Below, in pieces: positions 56,846 to 64,000 of a stretch of DNA of 64,000 nt (position 1 is its first letter; each line of letters starts with the position of its first letter). The stretch comes from Candidatus Woesearchaeota archaeon. GTDB taxonomy: Archaea; Nanobdellota; Nanobdellia; Woesearchaeales; JABGUJ01. The stretch spans positions 5,534-69,533 of the forward strand of contig JABGUJ010000001.1 of assembly GCA_018646625.1 (NCBI GenBank), in the 5' to 3' direction. Under the pieces are notes generated by a model. It was not told the origin of the DNA. It saw only the letters and a program-made list of their open reading frames with translations, and searched no databases. Position numbers and translations under genes: made by a program.

Positions 56846-58066
56846 CTAAAGCTTAAGAATTCGATCAATTTCTTCTTTAAGGCGTTTTTCATAATCAGTT
56901 TTAGTTTCGCCTTCCCTTTTCTCCTGAGACAATGCACCCATCATCCCTTCAGTCATAATTCTCTCATCTTCAGGAGTCAAATTTTCAACACTAACTTGAC
57001 CAACATGTTCTCGGATCAACTTGCCCTCAACTTCATCAACACTCCCCTGCTCAACTTTGACTTCTTCAAAATCCTCACCAGTCAATTTAGTAGTGTTACG
57101 CATAACAAAATATGCACCAGCACTATCCAAAGTCGAATGAATCATATTAAAATCAATATCTGAAGGCTTACCAGAACTTAACCGACCAACTAATCGCATA
57201 GTAACAATATGATTTGACAAATCTTTCCCGTTAACAAGAGAAAGCAACTCATCTTCAACTTGATTAGGGTTCATCCCAGCACAATCCAATTTAATCTTAA
57301 AAGAAGCATACAATTCAAGAGGAAAATATTCTAACCATTCATCTTTCTCAGTATCAATAAAATATAAACCGCCATGGCCCAAATCTTCGATCTCTTTAAA
57401 ATTGCAAGGAAACAAAGGACCAGGATAAACTATTCGTCCATATCCCTCTTCATTTTTATCAAAGATATAGTGAACGTGTCCACCAGCATAATAATCGAAA
57501 CATTTTGGCAACAAAGATAATGGCGCAGCATCCATCTGCTCTAATTCTTTTGGTTTAAACTCAGACAAAGCAGTATGAAACATAAATATCTTAAACCCAG
57601 TTTCATCTTCAAGATTAGTTTTATCTAAACTTTCATAATAACTTCTCTCCAACATACCTTTCTTACCAATCATCCCAGTAATCTTTGCACCAGTCTTTTC
57701 ATCAACGCTAAATCTTAATATTAATTTATTCTCCTCAACTCCACCTTTAACCACATTAACTGCAAGACCTGCCTCCTCCAACACATCCAACATAGTCTTA
57801 CCAGAAGCTGCAAAATCATGACTTCCTGCAATTAAATAAAATGGAATTGATGCATCCTTTAGTGATTTCAATTTACCAACAACAATTTTTAACAAATCAA
57901 CTGGCGGCATTGCAGTATTAAACAAATCACCAGAAAACAACACAAAATCTACAGCACGAGATAAACATTCATCTATTGCTTTAATGAACGCATCAGTAGA
58001 TGCACTCTTAAGTTTAGGGTCTCTCCAAGAACCAATGTGTACGTCAGCTAAATGTGCAAATCTCAT
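56846..58066 (-). CDS. mre11: DNA double-strand break repair nuclease Mre11
   Basis: Calcineurin-like phosphoesterase motifs LADVHIG, GDLFN, AGSHD, GGHVH. Confidence 0.8.
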   Translation of the reverse strand: MRFAHLADVHIGSWRDPKLKSASTDAFIKAIDECLSRAVDFVLFSGDLFNTAMPPVDLLKIVVGKLKSLKDASIPFYLIAGSHDFAASGKTMLDVLEEAGLAVNVVKGGVEENKLILRFSVDEKTGAKITGMIGKKGMLERSYYESLDKTNLEDETGFKIFMFHTALSEFKPKELEQMDAAPLSLLPKCFDYYAGGHVHYIFDKNEEGYGRIVYPGPLFPCNFKEIEDLGHGGLYFIDTEKDEWLEYFPLELYASFKIKLDCAGMNPNQVEDELLSLVNGKDLSNHIVTMRLVGRLSSGKPSDIDFNMIHSTLDSAGAYFVMRNTTKLTGEDFEEVKVEQGSVDEVEGKLIREHVGQVSVENLTPEDERIMTEGMMGALSQEKREGETKTDYEKRLKEEIDRILKL

Positions 58067-58098
58067 AATACAAAAAAAGTCATAATTACTTATAAAGC

Positions 58099-59616
58099 TT
58101 ACCTAATCGCACTAAAATCTTTCTTAACACTCTCAGAAATTTGTTTCTTAACCAAATCAGAAAATAAAGGAATCTTAATCGGCATCGCAAACTTAGCAAA
58201 ATTAGAAGTTATTATCGCCTCACCCTTATCCAAAGAAGCAATTGTTCTATTATCATTACTCAAATCCTGAGCAGCACTTTCAATAATAGCTTGCCTTTCA
58301 GGTGCCATCTCAATACCTAAAATAATTTTCGTATTCATGTTAGCAAGAATTTGACGAGGAATCAAAGAAGGAAGCTGAGTGATTGCAAACAAACCGACTT
58401 TAAACTTTCGACCCTCTCTAGCAATAGTTGAAAAAATATTAGGACCGCGCTCTAAAGCTTCTTTACCTAAAACACGTGGCGCCTCCTCCAACACAATTGA
58501 AATAACGGGCTTGTCATCCAGTTCCCCTTTAAATTTATAATAACGATATCTCGAAAGGATTTCTGAAGCAATCAAACTTCCAACTAAGATCTCAACACTA
58601 CCACCAAAATTAGAAGTGTCAACAACAACGATCTTACCAAGTTCTAACTCTCGAACTATATCGCCAATAGTCGTCTCTCCAGCACTTAGATCAAAAACAC
58701 CATTACATCCTAATCTGAAGTTTGAAAAACTTAAATCCAATAAACCCATTACCTTTCTCTTAACAACCGCAAGAGTAGCTTCATTAAACAAATTATCTAA
58801 TGGCTTCTCCATAACAATGGCCTCAATCCATTCCCTGCCATATTTTTTATAATAAAACGACAAAGCATCTTTTTGAGGCATACTCCAATCTACTGCACCA
58901 TCAAAATGCTGCGGCTTTAGATTTCTAATATTAATCTTAAGACTCATTGCACCTACTGGCGGATTTCTAGGGGTGTAGTAAACAACACTACCCGAAGATG
59001 GATGGTCCTTCAAACCCAACCCATCTCTACCATAATATTCATCATGTGGATCTAAAACCAACACACCAGCATAACTTTTGTCGACATTATCCCATAAAAT
59101 ACAAGAAGTAAGATTACTTTTACCCCTTCCCGTAGTTGCAGGAACTAAAACGTGATGAGATAGTACACTTTTACCATCCAAATAAACAGGAACATCCAAT
59201 ACTTTACTACCAGAACGTAAATTGCCTACAAAAAAAGGATTTTTTGGACGAGTAATAAACTTAAGATCATCTTTTTCCACTTCACGAACTTTTGAAAAAA
59301 ACGAAGGCATACTTTTAGAAATCTTAACACCAGAAGAATCTACGGTGATTAAACTTTTAAGCAAAGCAAGATTATAATTTCTCAATTCAGAATCAAAGAA
59401 ATTCTCATCAGATCCATCTTCTAATTGCAAACCAGAAACTAATTCCAGATTCTGTTGCGAAATCTGAGAACCAAAAAGTAAATCATAAACTTGCATCATT
59501 ATCTTCTTGCCAGAACTTTCAGCAATCATCAATTCTCCCAGTTCTACATCAACATCACTTTTCTGTCTAACAAGAATCTTAGAAAATTCCCCACCTACAA
59601 TCTGTCCTTTCACCAT
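58099..59616 (-). CDS. herA: HerA-type hexameric ATPase/helicase (FtsK-HerA superfamily)
   Basis: Walker A ATTGRGKS, Walker [10 protein letters not shown], downstream TQ motif (AITQLPS). Confidence 0.75.
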   Translation of the reverse strand: MVKGQIVGGEFSKILVRQKSDVDVELGELMIAESSGKKIMMQVYDLLFGSQISQQNLELVSGLQLEDGSDENFFDSELRNYNLALLKSLITVDSSGVKISKSMPSFFSKVREVEKDDLKFITRPKNPFFVGNLRSGSKVLDVPVYLDGKSVLSHHVLVPATTGRGKSNLTSCILWDNVDKSYAGVLVLDPHDEYYGRDGLGLKDHPSSGSVVYYTPRNPPVGAMSLKINIRNLKPQHFDGAVDWSMPQKDALSFYYKKYGREWIEAIVMEKPLDNLFNEATLAVVKRKVMGLLDLSFSNFRLGCNGVFDLSAGETTIGDIVRELELGKIVVVDTSNFGGSVEILVGSLIASEILSRYRYYKFKGELDDKPVISIVLEEAPRVLGKEALERGPNIFSTIAREGRKFKVGLFAITQLPSLIPRQILANMNTKIILGIEMAPERQAIIESAAQDLSNDNRTIASLDKGEAIITSNFAKFAMPIKIPLFSDLVKKQISESVKKDFSAIR

Positions 59617-59625
59617 TTTAAAGAG

Positions 59626-59799
59626 TTAAAAACCAATAGCAGAACGAACCACATCCCAGTATAAATAAAGTCCCGCACCAAGCAGCACAAGTACCACTAA
59701 CACAACAAGCAAGATTTTAAAGTCAATCGGCTTAGATTTAGCAGAAGCAGTATTCTCTTCAGTTTCAACCTTTGCCGTTTTTTTAGCCTTGCCAAACAT
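59626..59799 (-). CDS. Small single-pass membrane protein (57 aa), absent from the ORF track
   Basis: MFGKAKKTAKVETEENTASAKSKPIDFKILLVVLVVLVLLGAGLYLYW...; sits between the PIN-like gene and herA. Confidence 0.25.
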   Translation of the reverse strand: MFGKAKKTAKVETEENTASAKSKPIDFKILLVVLVVLVLLGAGLYLYWDVVRSAIGF

Positions 59800-60531
59800 T
59801 TATCCAGTCCTCTTGTGCTTTAGAACTACTCTAACTGCTTTGTTTAAATCTCTTTCTGAAATGGCACATCCACTCAGTTTTAAACCCCAAAAAACGCTTT
59901 CTATAAGCTCCCTATTCGCATCAGCAATATCGGGAAGCTTAGGCATATATTGATCAAGAATACCCATGTCATACGCAACTGACATCAACTCAAGAGATCT
60001 TAATACTTTAATATCTCCAACCAGCTCTTTAAACTCTCTCAAACATCTTTTATCTTCTTTGATTTTTGTTCTAAGCTTATGTTGCAATAATTTCCTCAAC
60101 TCATGAGGCGCTTCAATAAGTTTACGCATTGTACGCTCATCGATCACAATCGCTTGAGCACCAGTCAACATTGCACATGCAACAACTTGAACCTCTGCAA
60201 AGTGAACTATAGTAATTGGATGACCTCGCGCAATAAAACACCGATTAGCCAAATCGTTTAACTTCTCAGCCAAATTAGTAATCTCAAGATCATCAAAAAC
60301 AGTAATCACTCCACGTCTGATGTACTTAAGAACTTGCAAAGCTTCAAATTTAAACTTCCGTGTTCGCAACGGTTTCTCAATCACTTCCTTGTAAACTTTG
60401 GGAGTAATAATAAATTCACCCTTAAAACTATTCTTAAGAGGATCCAGAGTCCAAAGAAGATTATTCATTGTTAAACTAATCAAAGGACCAGTATCAAAGA
60501 TCAATGCTTTATGAAAATCTAGAGATTTCAT
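59800..60531 (-). CDS. PIN-like domain protein (putative nuclease), 243 aa
   Basis: N-terminal ALIFDTGPLISL and later acidic residues (AIVIDERT) resemble a PIN fold; could instead be a degenerate NurA-like nuclease. Confidence 0.35.
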   Translation of the reverse strand: MKSLDFHKALIFDTGPLISLTMNNLLWTLDPLKNSFKGEFIITPKVYKEVIEKPLRTRKFKFEALQVLKYIRRGVITVFDDLEITNLAEKLNDLANRCFIARGHPITIVHFAEVQVVACAMLTGAQAIVIDERTMRKLIEAPHELRKLLQHKLRTKIKEDKRCLREFKELVGDIKVLRSLELMSVAYDMGILDQYMPKLPDIADANRELIESVFWGLKLSGCAISERDLNKAVRVVLKHKRTG

Positions 60532-61193
60532 AAATCAAACAACCCCCTAACATATTTCATTCTAGAATCTACAGTAACCCCTTCTTTAGCTGAAGGCATG
60601 TCAACCTTACCAGCATAGTCCATTAATTCCCATTGAGATAAATTAAGAACACTCGCTGCTTGAGCCATGGAAATACCCTTACCATACAACATACTTCCTT
60701 TCTTAATCATAGACTTTTGAAGAACATCTTGAACATAAACTCTAAATTTCTCATCAAACCCAGAAATCAAACCGAAAATGGAATTCATTCTCTCCCTATA
60801 ACGATTATAATCATCATTAGACAAAAGATCATAACACTTTTTCAAATTCTTAGAAACTTTTTTGATAAAATTACCCGCAATTTCGCCACGTTCAATTATT
60901 TTAGAAAGCGCATATATCACCACAGCAACTGAAACAGAATCTTTTTCTTGAAAAATACTGGCTTCGTAAACCGCTTCATCACTAAGTTTCTTAAGATCCC
61001 CTACTTTACCTAACTTAACCAATACTATGGACCGCTTAAGAACTTCAAGAATTTCGCGTTTAACTTCACCCCTCATAACAATAATATCCGTTTGAACAAT
61101 TATAAAGCTTTCGATGAAACTATCGAAAACAGAAGAAAGGGGGCTTGAAAACTTAAAAAACAAAAGGTTTATATAGTAACTTGGCCCCATCAA
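60528..61193 (-). CDS. Hypothetical protein with C-terminal HTH-like segment (true start may be the internal ATG at 61076)
   Basis: GISMAQAASVLNLSQWELMDYAG helix-turn-helix-like; stop overlaps the PIN-like gene start by 4 nt. Confidence 0.3.
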   Translation of the reverse strand: MMGPSYYINLLFFKFSSPLSSVFDSFIESFIIVQTDIIVMRGEVKREILEVLKRSIVLVKLGKVGDLKKLSDEAVYEASIFQEKDSVSVAVVIYALSKIIERGEIAGNFIKKVSKNLKKCYDLLSNDDYNRYRERMNSIFGLISGFDEKFRVYVQDVLQKSMIKKGSMLYGKGISMAQAASVLNLSQWELMDYAGKVDMPSAKEGVTVDSRMKYVRGLFDL

Positions 61194-61262
61194 TTTTTAG
61201 GTTAACCCTGGTTTGGGGCGTTAATTAATTAGTAAAGGTTTGTAAATATAATTGGTGGTTGA

Positions 61263-61895
61263 ATGTTAAATATCGTTCAGAGATTTATGAAAAGATTGGT
61301 GAGACAATTCTTTAAGAAGAAAAAAAAGGTGAAGATCGGGTTGTATGGTCCTCCAAACGGTGGTAAAACAACGCTAGCAAATCGAATCTGCGAAGACTGG
61401 CTCGGAGAAGAGATGGGATCTGTTTCTGCAATTGAACACGAAACTAGAGAAATCAAGATTAAAGAAGAAATTTCTGTAAAATCTGGTAAGAAAGAATTAA
61501 AATTCAACTTAGTAGACACTCCAGGCATTGCAACTAAAATTGATTACGAAGACTTTGTTAAAAAAGGCATGAGTGAAAAGAAAGCCAAACAAAGAGCTAA
61601 AGAAGCAACAAAAGGAGTTATCGACGCAATCAAATGGCTTGATGAAATGGATGTAGTAATCGTAGTTCTAGATGGAACTAAAGACCCATACTCGCAAGTT
61701 AATATTACAATCGTTGGAAATTTAGCAGCAAGGGACATCCCTGTATTAATTGTCTGCAACAAGATGGATCTTAAAAAAGCAAAGAAGAAAAAGATTGAAG
61801 CAGCATTTCCGCAATACGACGTTGTACCAATAAGCGCTAAAACAGGAAAAAACATCGACAAGTTTTACGAAGCACTATTCGTAATAGCAGGATAA
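61263..61895 (+). CDS. Small Ras-superfamily GTPase
   Basis: G1 GPPNGGKTT, G3 DTPG, G4 NKMD, G5 SAK. Confidence 0.7.
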   Translation: MLNIVQRFMKRLVRQFFKKKKKVKIGLYGPPNGGKTTLANRICEDWLGEEMGSVSAIEHETREIKIKEEISVKSGKKELKFNLVDTPGIATKIDYEDFVKKGMSEKKAKQRAKEATKGVIDAIKWLDEMDVVIVVLDGTKDPYSQVNITIVGNLAARDIPVLIVCNKMDLKKAKKKKIEAAFPQYDVVPISAKTGKNIDKFYEALFVIAG

Positions 61896-61914
61896 AAAAA
61901 GAGGTTATTAGAAA

Positions 61915-62358
61915 ATGAGTTTAACTTTGCAATTTGTGCCGTATGGTGAAATAGAAAATCTTGATTCCACCGCAAAGGTAAACAAACTTATCAAGATAGT
62001 AAAAGAAGAAAAGATCATCTTACTAGAAGGAAGAATTGAGAAAAACGAAGAAACCCTTCTTATCAAAAAAACTATGGAAGAGATTGGTCCAAAGTTTAAA
62101 GGAATTGAACTATTTGTGATGTATCCTAAGGATGAAGAAAGCGATCCTATACAGAGATTAAAGAAAAGTGTAGTAGATATGTTACTAGGAAATAGACAGG
62201 GATTAACCATCATAGGCCCTGCAACAATCGTTAAAGAAATAAGAAAAGATCCAGATAAGATACAATTACTAACAAAGAACCTATCAAAAAGAAAGAAAAC
62301 ACCTGCATCAAGATCAAAGTCTACTAAAAAAAAGACTAAGACTAAAAAAAGGAAATAA
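61915..62358 (+). CDS. Conserved archaeal protein, DUF2073-like (assignment from memory)
   Basis: 147-aa ORF 19 nt downstream of the GTPase, Lys-rich C-terminal tail. Confidence 0.4.
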   Translation: MSLTLQFVPYGEIENLDSTAKVNKLIKIVKEEKIILLEGRIEKNEETLLIKKTMEEIGPKFKGIELFVMYPKDEESDPIQRLKKSVVDMLLGNRQGLTIIGPATIVKEIRKDPDKIQLLTKNLSKRKKTPASRSKSTKKKTKTKKRK

Positions 62359-62370
62359 AGGTTTAGATAA

Positions 62371-62760
62371 ATGCCACATCAGTGCGTCAGGTGTAGTGCC
62401 CTATATGATGACGGGGCCCAAGAAATTCTACAAGGTTGCAGTAAGTGCTCTGCCAAAGTTTTCTTCTATATAAGGAAAGACCATTTAAAGAAAACTCAAG
62501 AACAAGTTGAAAAACTCTCTCCCAAAGATAAAGAGCAGATAGAAAAAGACGTAAAAGAAATGGTGGGCAACACCGAACAAGACGCCCCAGTAATTCTCGA
62601 TCTCGAATCCATCAGAGTTAAAAAGCCAGGTAAATTTGAAATAGACTTAGTTAAATTATTCAAAGACGATCCTTTGATCTATAAACTTGCAGATGGTAAA
62701 TACATGATTGACCTTCCAAAAACATTCAAGAAAGGTCTTGACAAATTTGAAGAAAACTAA
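62371..62760 (+). CDS. Zn-ribbon protein, DUF2072-like
   Basis: N-terminal CVRC...CSKC zinc ribbon; 12 nt after the upstream gene. Confidence 0.45.
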   Translation: MPHQCVRCSALYDDGAQEILQGCSKCSAKVFFYIRKDHLKKTQEQVEKLSPKDKEQIEKDVKEMVGNTEQDAPVILDLESIRVKKPGKFEIDLVKLFKDDPLIYKLADGKYMIDLPKTFKKGLDKFEEN

Positions 62761-62769
62761 AAGTTAATT

Positions 62770-63630
62770 CTAAAATAAACTCAGAAATATTCCCGGGGTA
62801 ACCATGCCTTCTAAAAATGAAGATATCAATATCAATGTAAGAGATATCAAAAACAAAATCAAAGAGTCTTTCACTACATTAGTAAACTTCTTACTTCCAA
62901 ATTGTTCTAAAACTAAAGCTTTAGAAACCAAACCACCAGCAATAGCAGCAATCAAAAATCCAAGAACTTCGGGCACTAAATGAATCGCAAAAACTCCAAT
63001 AATCTGAAAGAATTCAAGAAGACTATTAGCTAAAAAACGAGATACCAACATTATAGCCGCGGAAAAGATTGAAGCATTCAATACCAACAAATAGATTCCA
63101 CCAGCACCGTAAAAAAACGACAGTATAAAACAAACAATAGCCACACCAACATTATTCTGTAAAAGATTAAAGAAATTAGTAATACTTCCAGCAGACTCTC
63201 TGTTGACAAAATCCTCTATTGCAGATTCAGTAAAATTATTACCAGTCAAAAACTTTGCCTGAAATCCAAAAACCGTATCATAAGACACAAACTCATCAAC
63301 ATAAGATGTCTGAGCCAGGTGCCCTAACAACAAATAACCAAAAAAAATACCTAAAAACAGCATTCCATAAATCTTAAAGATTTGAACATGATTTTTCAAG
63401 AAATGTTTTACCCCCACTCGCCTTTCAATCTCTTCCTCCAATTTCAAAAGTTTAACAACAGTAGGAACAACCAAAATAGTAATAAAAAACAAGGTTGCCA
63501 TTGAAGCATCACTAGAAAAAAAGTAATTAGCAGTAGAAAAACCTACGAGGACGTAAAGTACCCCTAGAAAAAAGGCAAACAAAGGATGCCTTAGTAAACG
63601 TTTTTTAGTAAATATGTCGCTTATTGCCAT
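62770..63630 (-). CDS. SpoIIM-like (DUF95) multi-pass membrane protein
   Basis: Six predicted TM helices; layout resembles the stage II sporulation protein M family. Confidence 0.45.
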   Translation of the reverse strand: MAISDIFTKKRLLRHPLFAFFLGVLYVLVGFSTANYFFSSDASMATLFFITILVVPTVVKLLKLEEEIERRVGVKHFLKNHVQIFKIYGMLFLGIFFGYLLLGHLAQTSYVDEFVSYDTVFGFQAKFLTGNNFTESAIEDFVNRESAGSITNFFNLLQNNVGVAIVCFILSFFYGAGGIYLLVLNASIFSAAIMLVSRFLANSLLEFFQIIGVFAIHLVPEVLGFLIAAIAGGLVSKALVLEQFGSKKFTNVVKDSLILFLISLTLILISSFLEGMVTPGIFLSLF

Positions 63631-63638
63631 CTATTTAT

Positions 63639-63926
63639 TTAACGAATCCTTGCTCTGAACTTCTCATGACTATTACTTGCACTAGGCACGTGATGGACAT
63701 GATGTTGATGATTTGGCGTCTCTTCTTTTTTCCTACTTTTCTTAAACAAACCTAAAGTTATATCAGATTTAGAAAGTAAATATAATCCAAGCACTATCGC
63801 CACCAATAAAAGTATCACCCACCAAACAATCCCAGCAGATAAAAAATCTTTAAAGAATGCCCAAGCGCCACCTACAGCTCTAACGCTATTCTCGCCTAAA
63901 TCTTCAACAACTGTTTTCTTAGCCAC
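63639..63926 (-). CDS. Small membrane protein with His-rich C-terminus; reading frame stays open to the window edge so the gene may be longer
   Basis: ORF-track start is a GTG; upstream in-frame codons (…KPLVVAKK…) continue past position 64000. Confidence 0.35.
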   Translation of the reverse strand: MAKKTVVEDLGENSVRAVGGAWAFFKDFLSAGIVWWVILLLVAIVLGLYLLSKSDITLGLFKKSRKKEETPNHQHHVHHVPSASNSHEKFRARIR

Positions 63927-64000
63927 AACTAACGGTTTTTCTTTTTTAGGCTTAACAGCTGGTTTATCTTCAGGCTCAGAAGCTTGCTCATAAGATGACT

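Noticed and set aside
58099-59616. Possibility that the HerA-like ATPase is a VirB4/TraG-type conjugation ATPase marking a mobile element
   Set aside because: It is directly followed by a clear Mre11 and has the HerA-specific EEA-type Walker B and TQ motif. No relaxase or pilin genes are nearby.
60528-61193. Interpreting 60528-61193 plus 59800-60531 as a classical VapBC toxin-antitoxin pair
   Set aside because: The PIN-like protein is about twice the size of VapC. The upstream protein has its HTH at the C-terminus rather than the N-terminus. Kept only as an alternative in the HerA finding.
1-64000. CRISPR arrays, rRNA genes, IS elements, integrases
   Set aside because: I scanned intergenic regions for regular repeat-spacer periodicity and for transposase or integrase motifs (DDE, tyrosine recombinase R-H-R-Y) and found none. 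The only repeated DNA words are the short promoter motifs reported above.

Overview
This is an AT-rich (roughly one-third GC), densely coding archaeal-type window, most likely from a small-genome DPANN-like archaeon. The proteins are lysine-rich, and transcripts look leaderless or carry a GGTG-type Shine-Dalgarno. There is an initiator tRNA-Met with A1:U72 and three G:C pairs in the anticodon stem, and a tRNA-Gly carrying an intron inside its T-loop. No rRNA, CRISPR array, transposase or integrase was recognised. 

The window carries a bacterial-type grpE-dnaK-dnaJ unit with four extra genes wedged into it, plus argS, smc and an archaeal N-glycosylase/DNA lyase (Ogg2-type). It also has Nudix, CYTH, SppA, RNase HII and an RNase HIII-like enzyme, a bacterial-type adenylate kinase, a cold-shock protein, HerA and Mre11 with no adjacent Rad50 or NurA, and a GlcNAc-transferase/de-N-acetylase pair of the PIG-A/PIG-L type. 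There is a NitT/TauT-type ABC transporter with two tandem, internally duplicated NMT1-like binding proteins. 

The most unusual content is a four-fold paralogous array of divergently arranged cassettes. Each pairs a lipoprotein LivJ-like solute-binding protein with a short TrmB-family HTH regulator. No ABC permease or ATPase accompanies them. The array is interleaved with the two RNase H enzymes and a membrane-anchored metzincin-like protein. 

Other points worth following are a cytoplasmic GHKL/histidine-kinase-like protein next to a receiver-like protein of atypical amino-acid composition, an HTH-PIN-membrane-HerA-Mre11 string, a GTPase/DUF2073/Zn-ribbon triad, and a perfect 17-bp palindrome in the heat-shock divergent promoter. 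All calls come from reading the translated ORFs and the DNA by eye; no database search was run.
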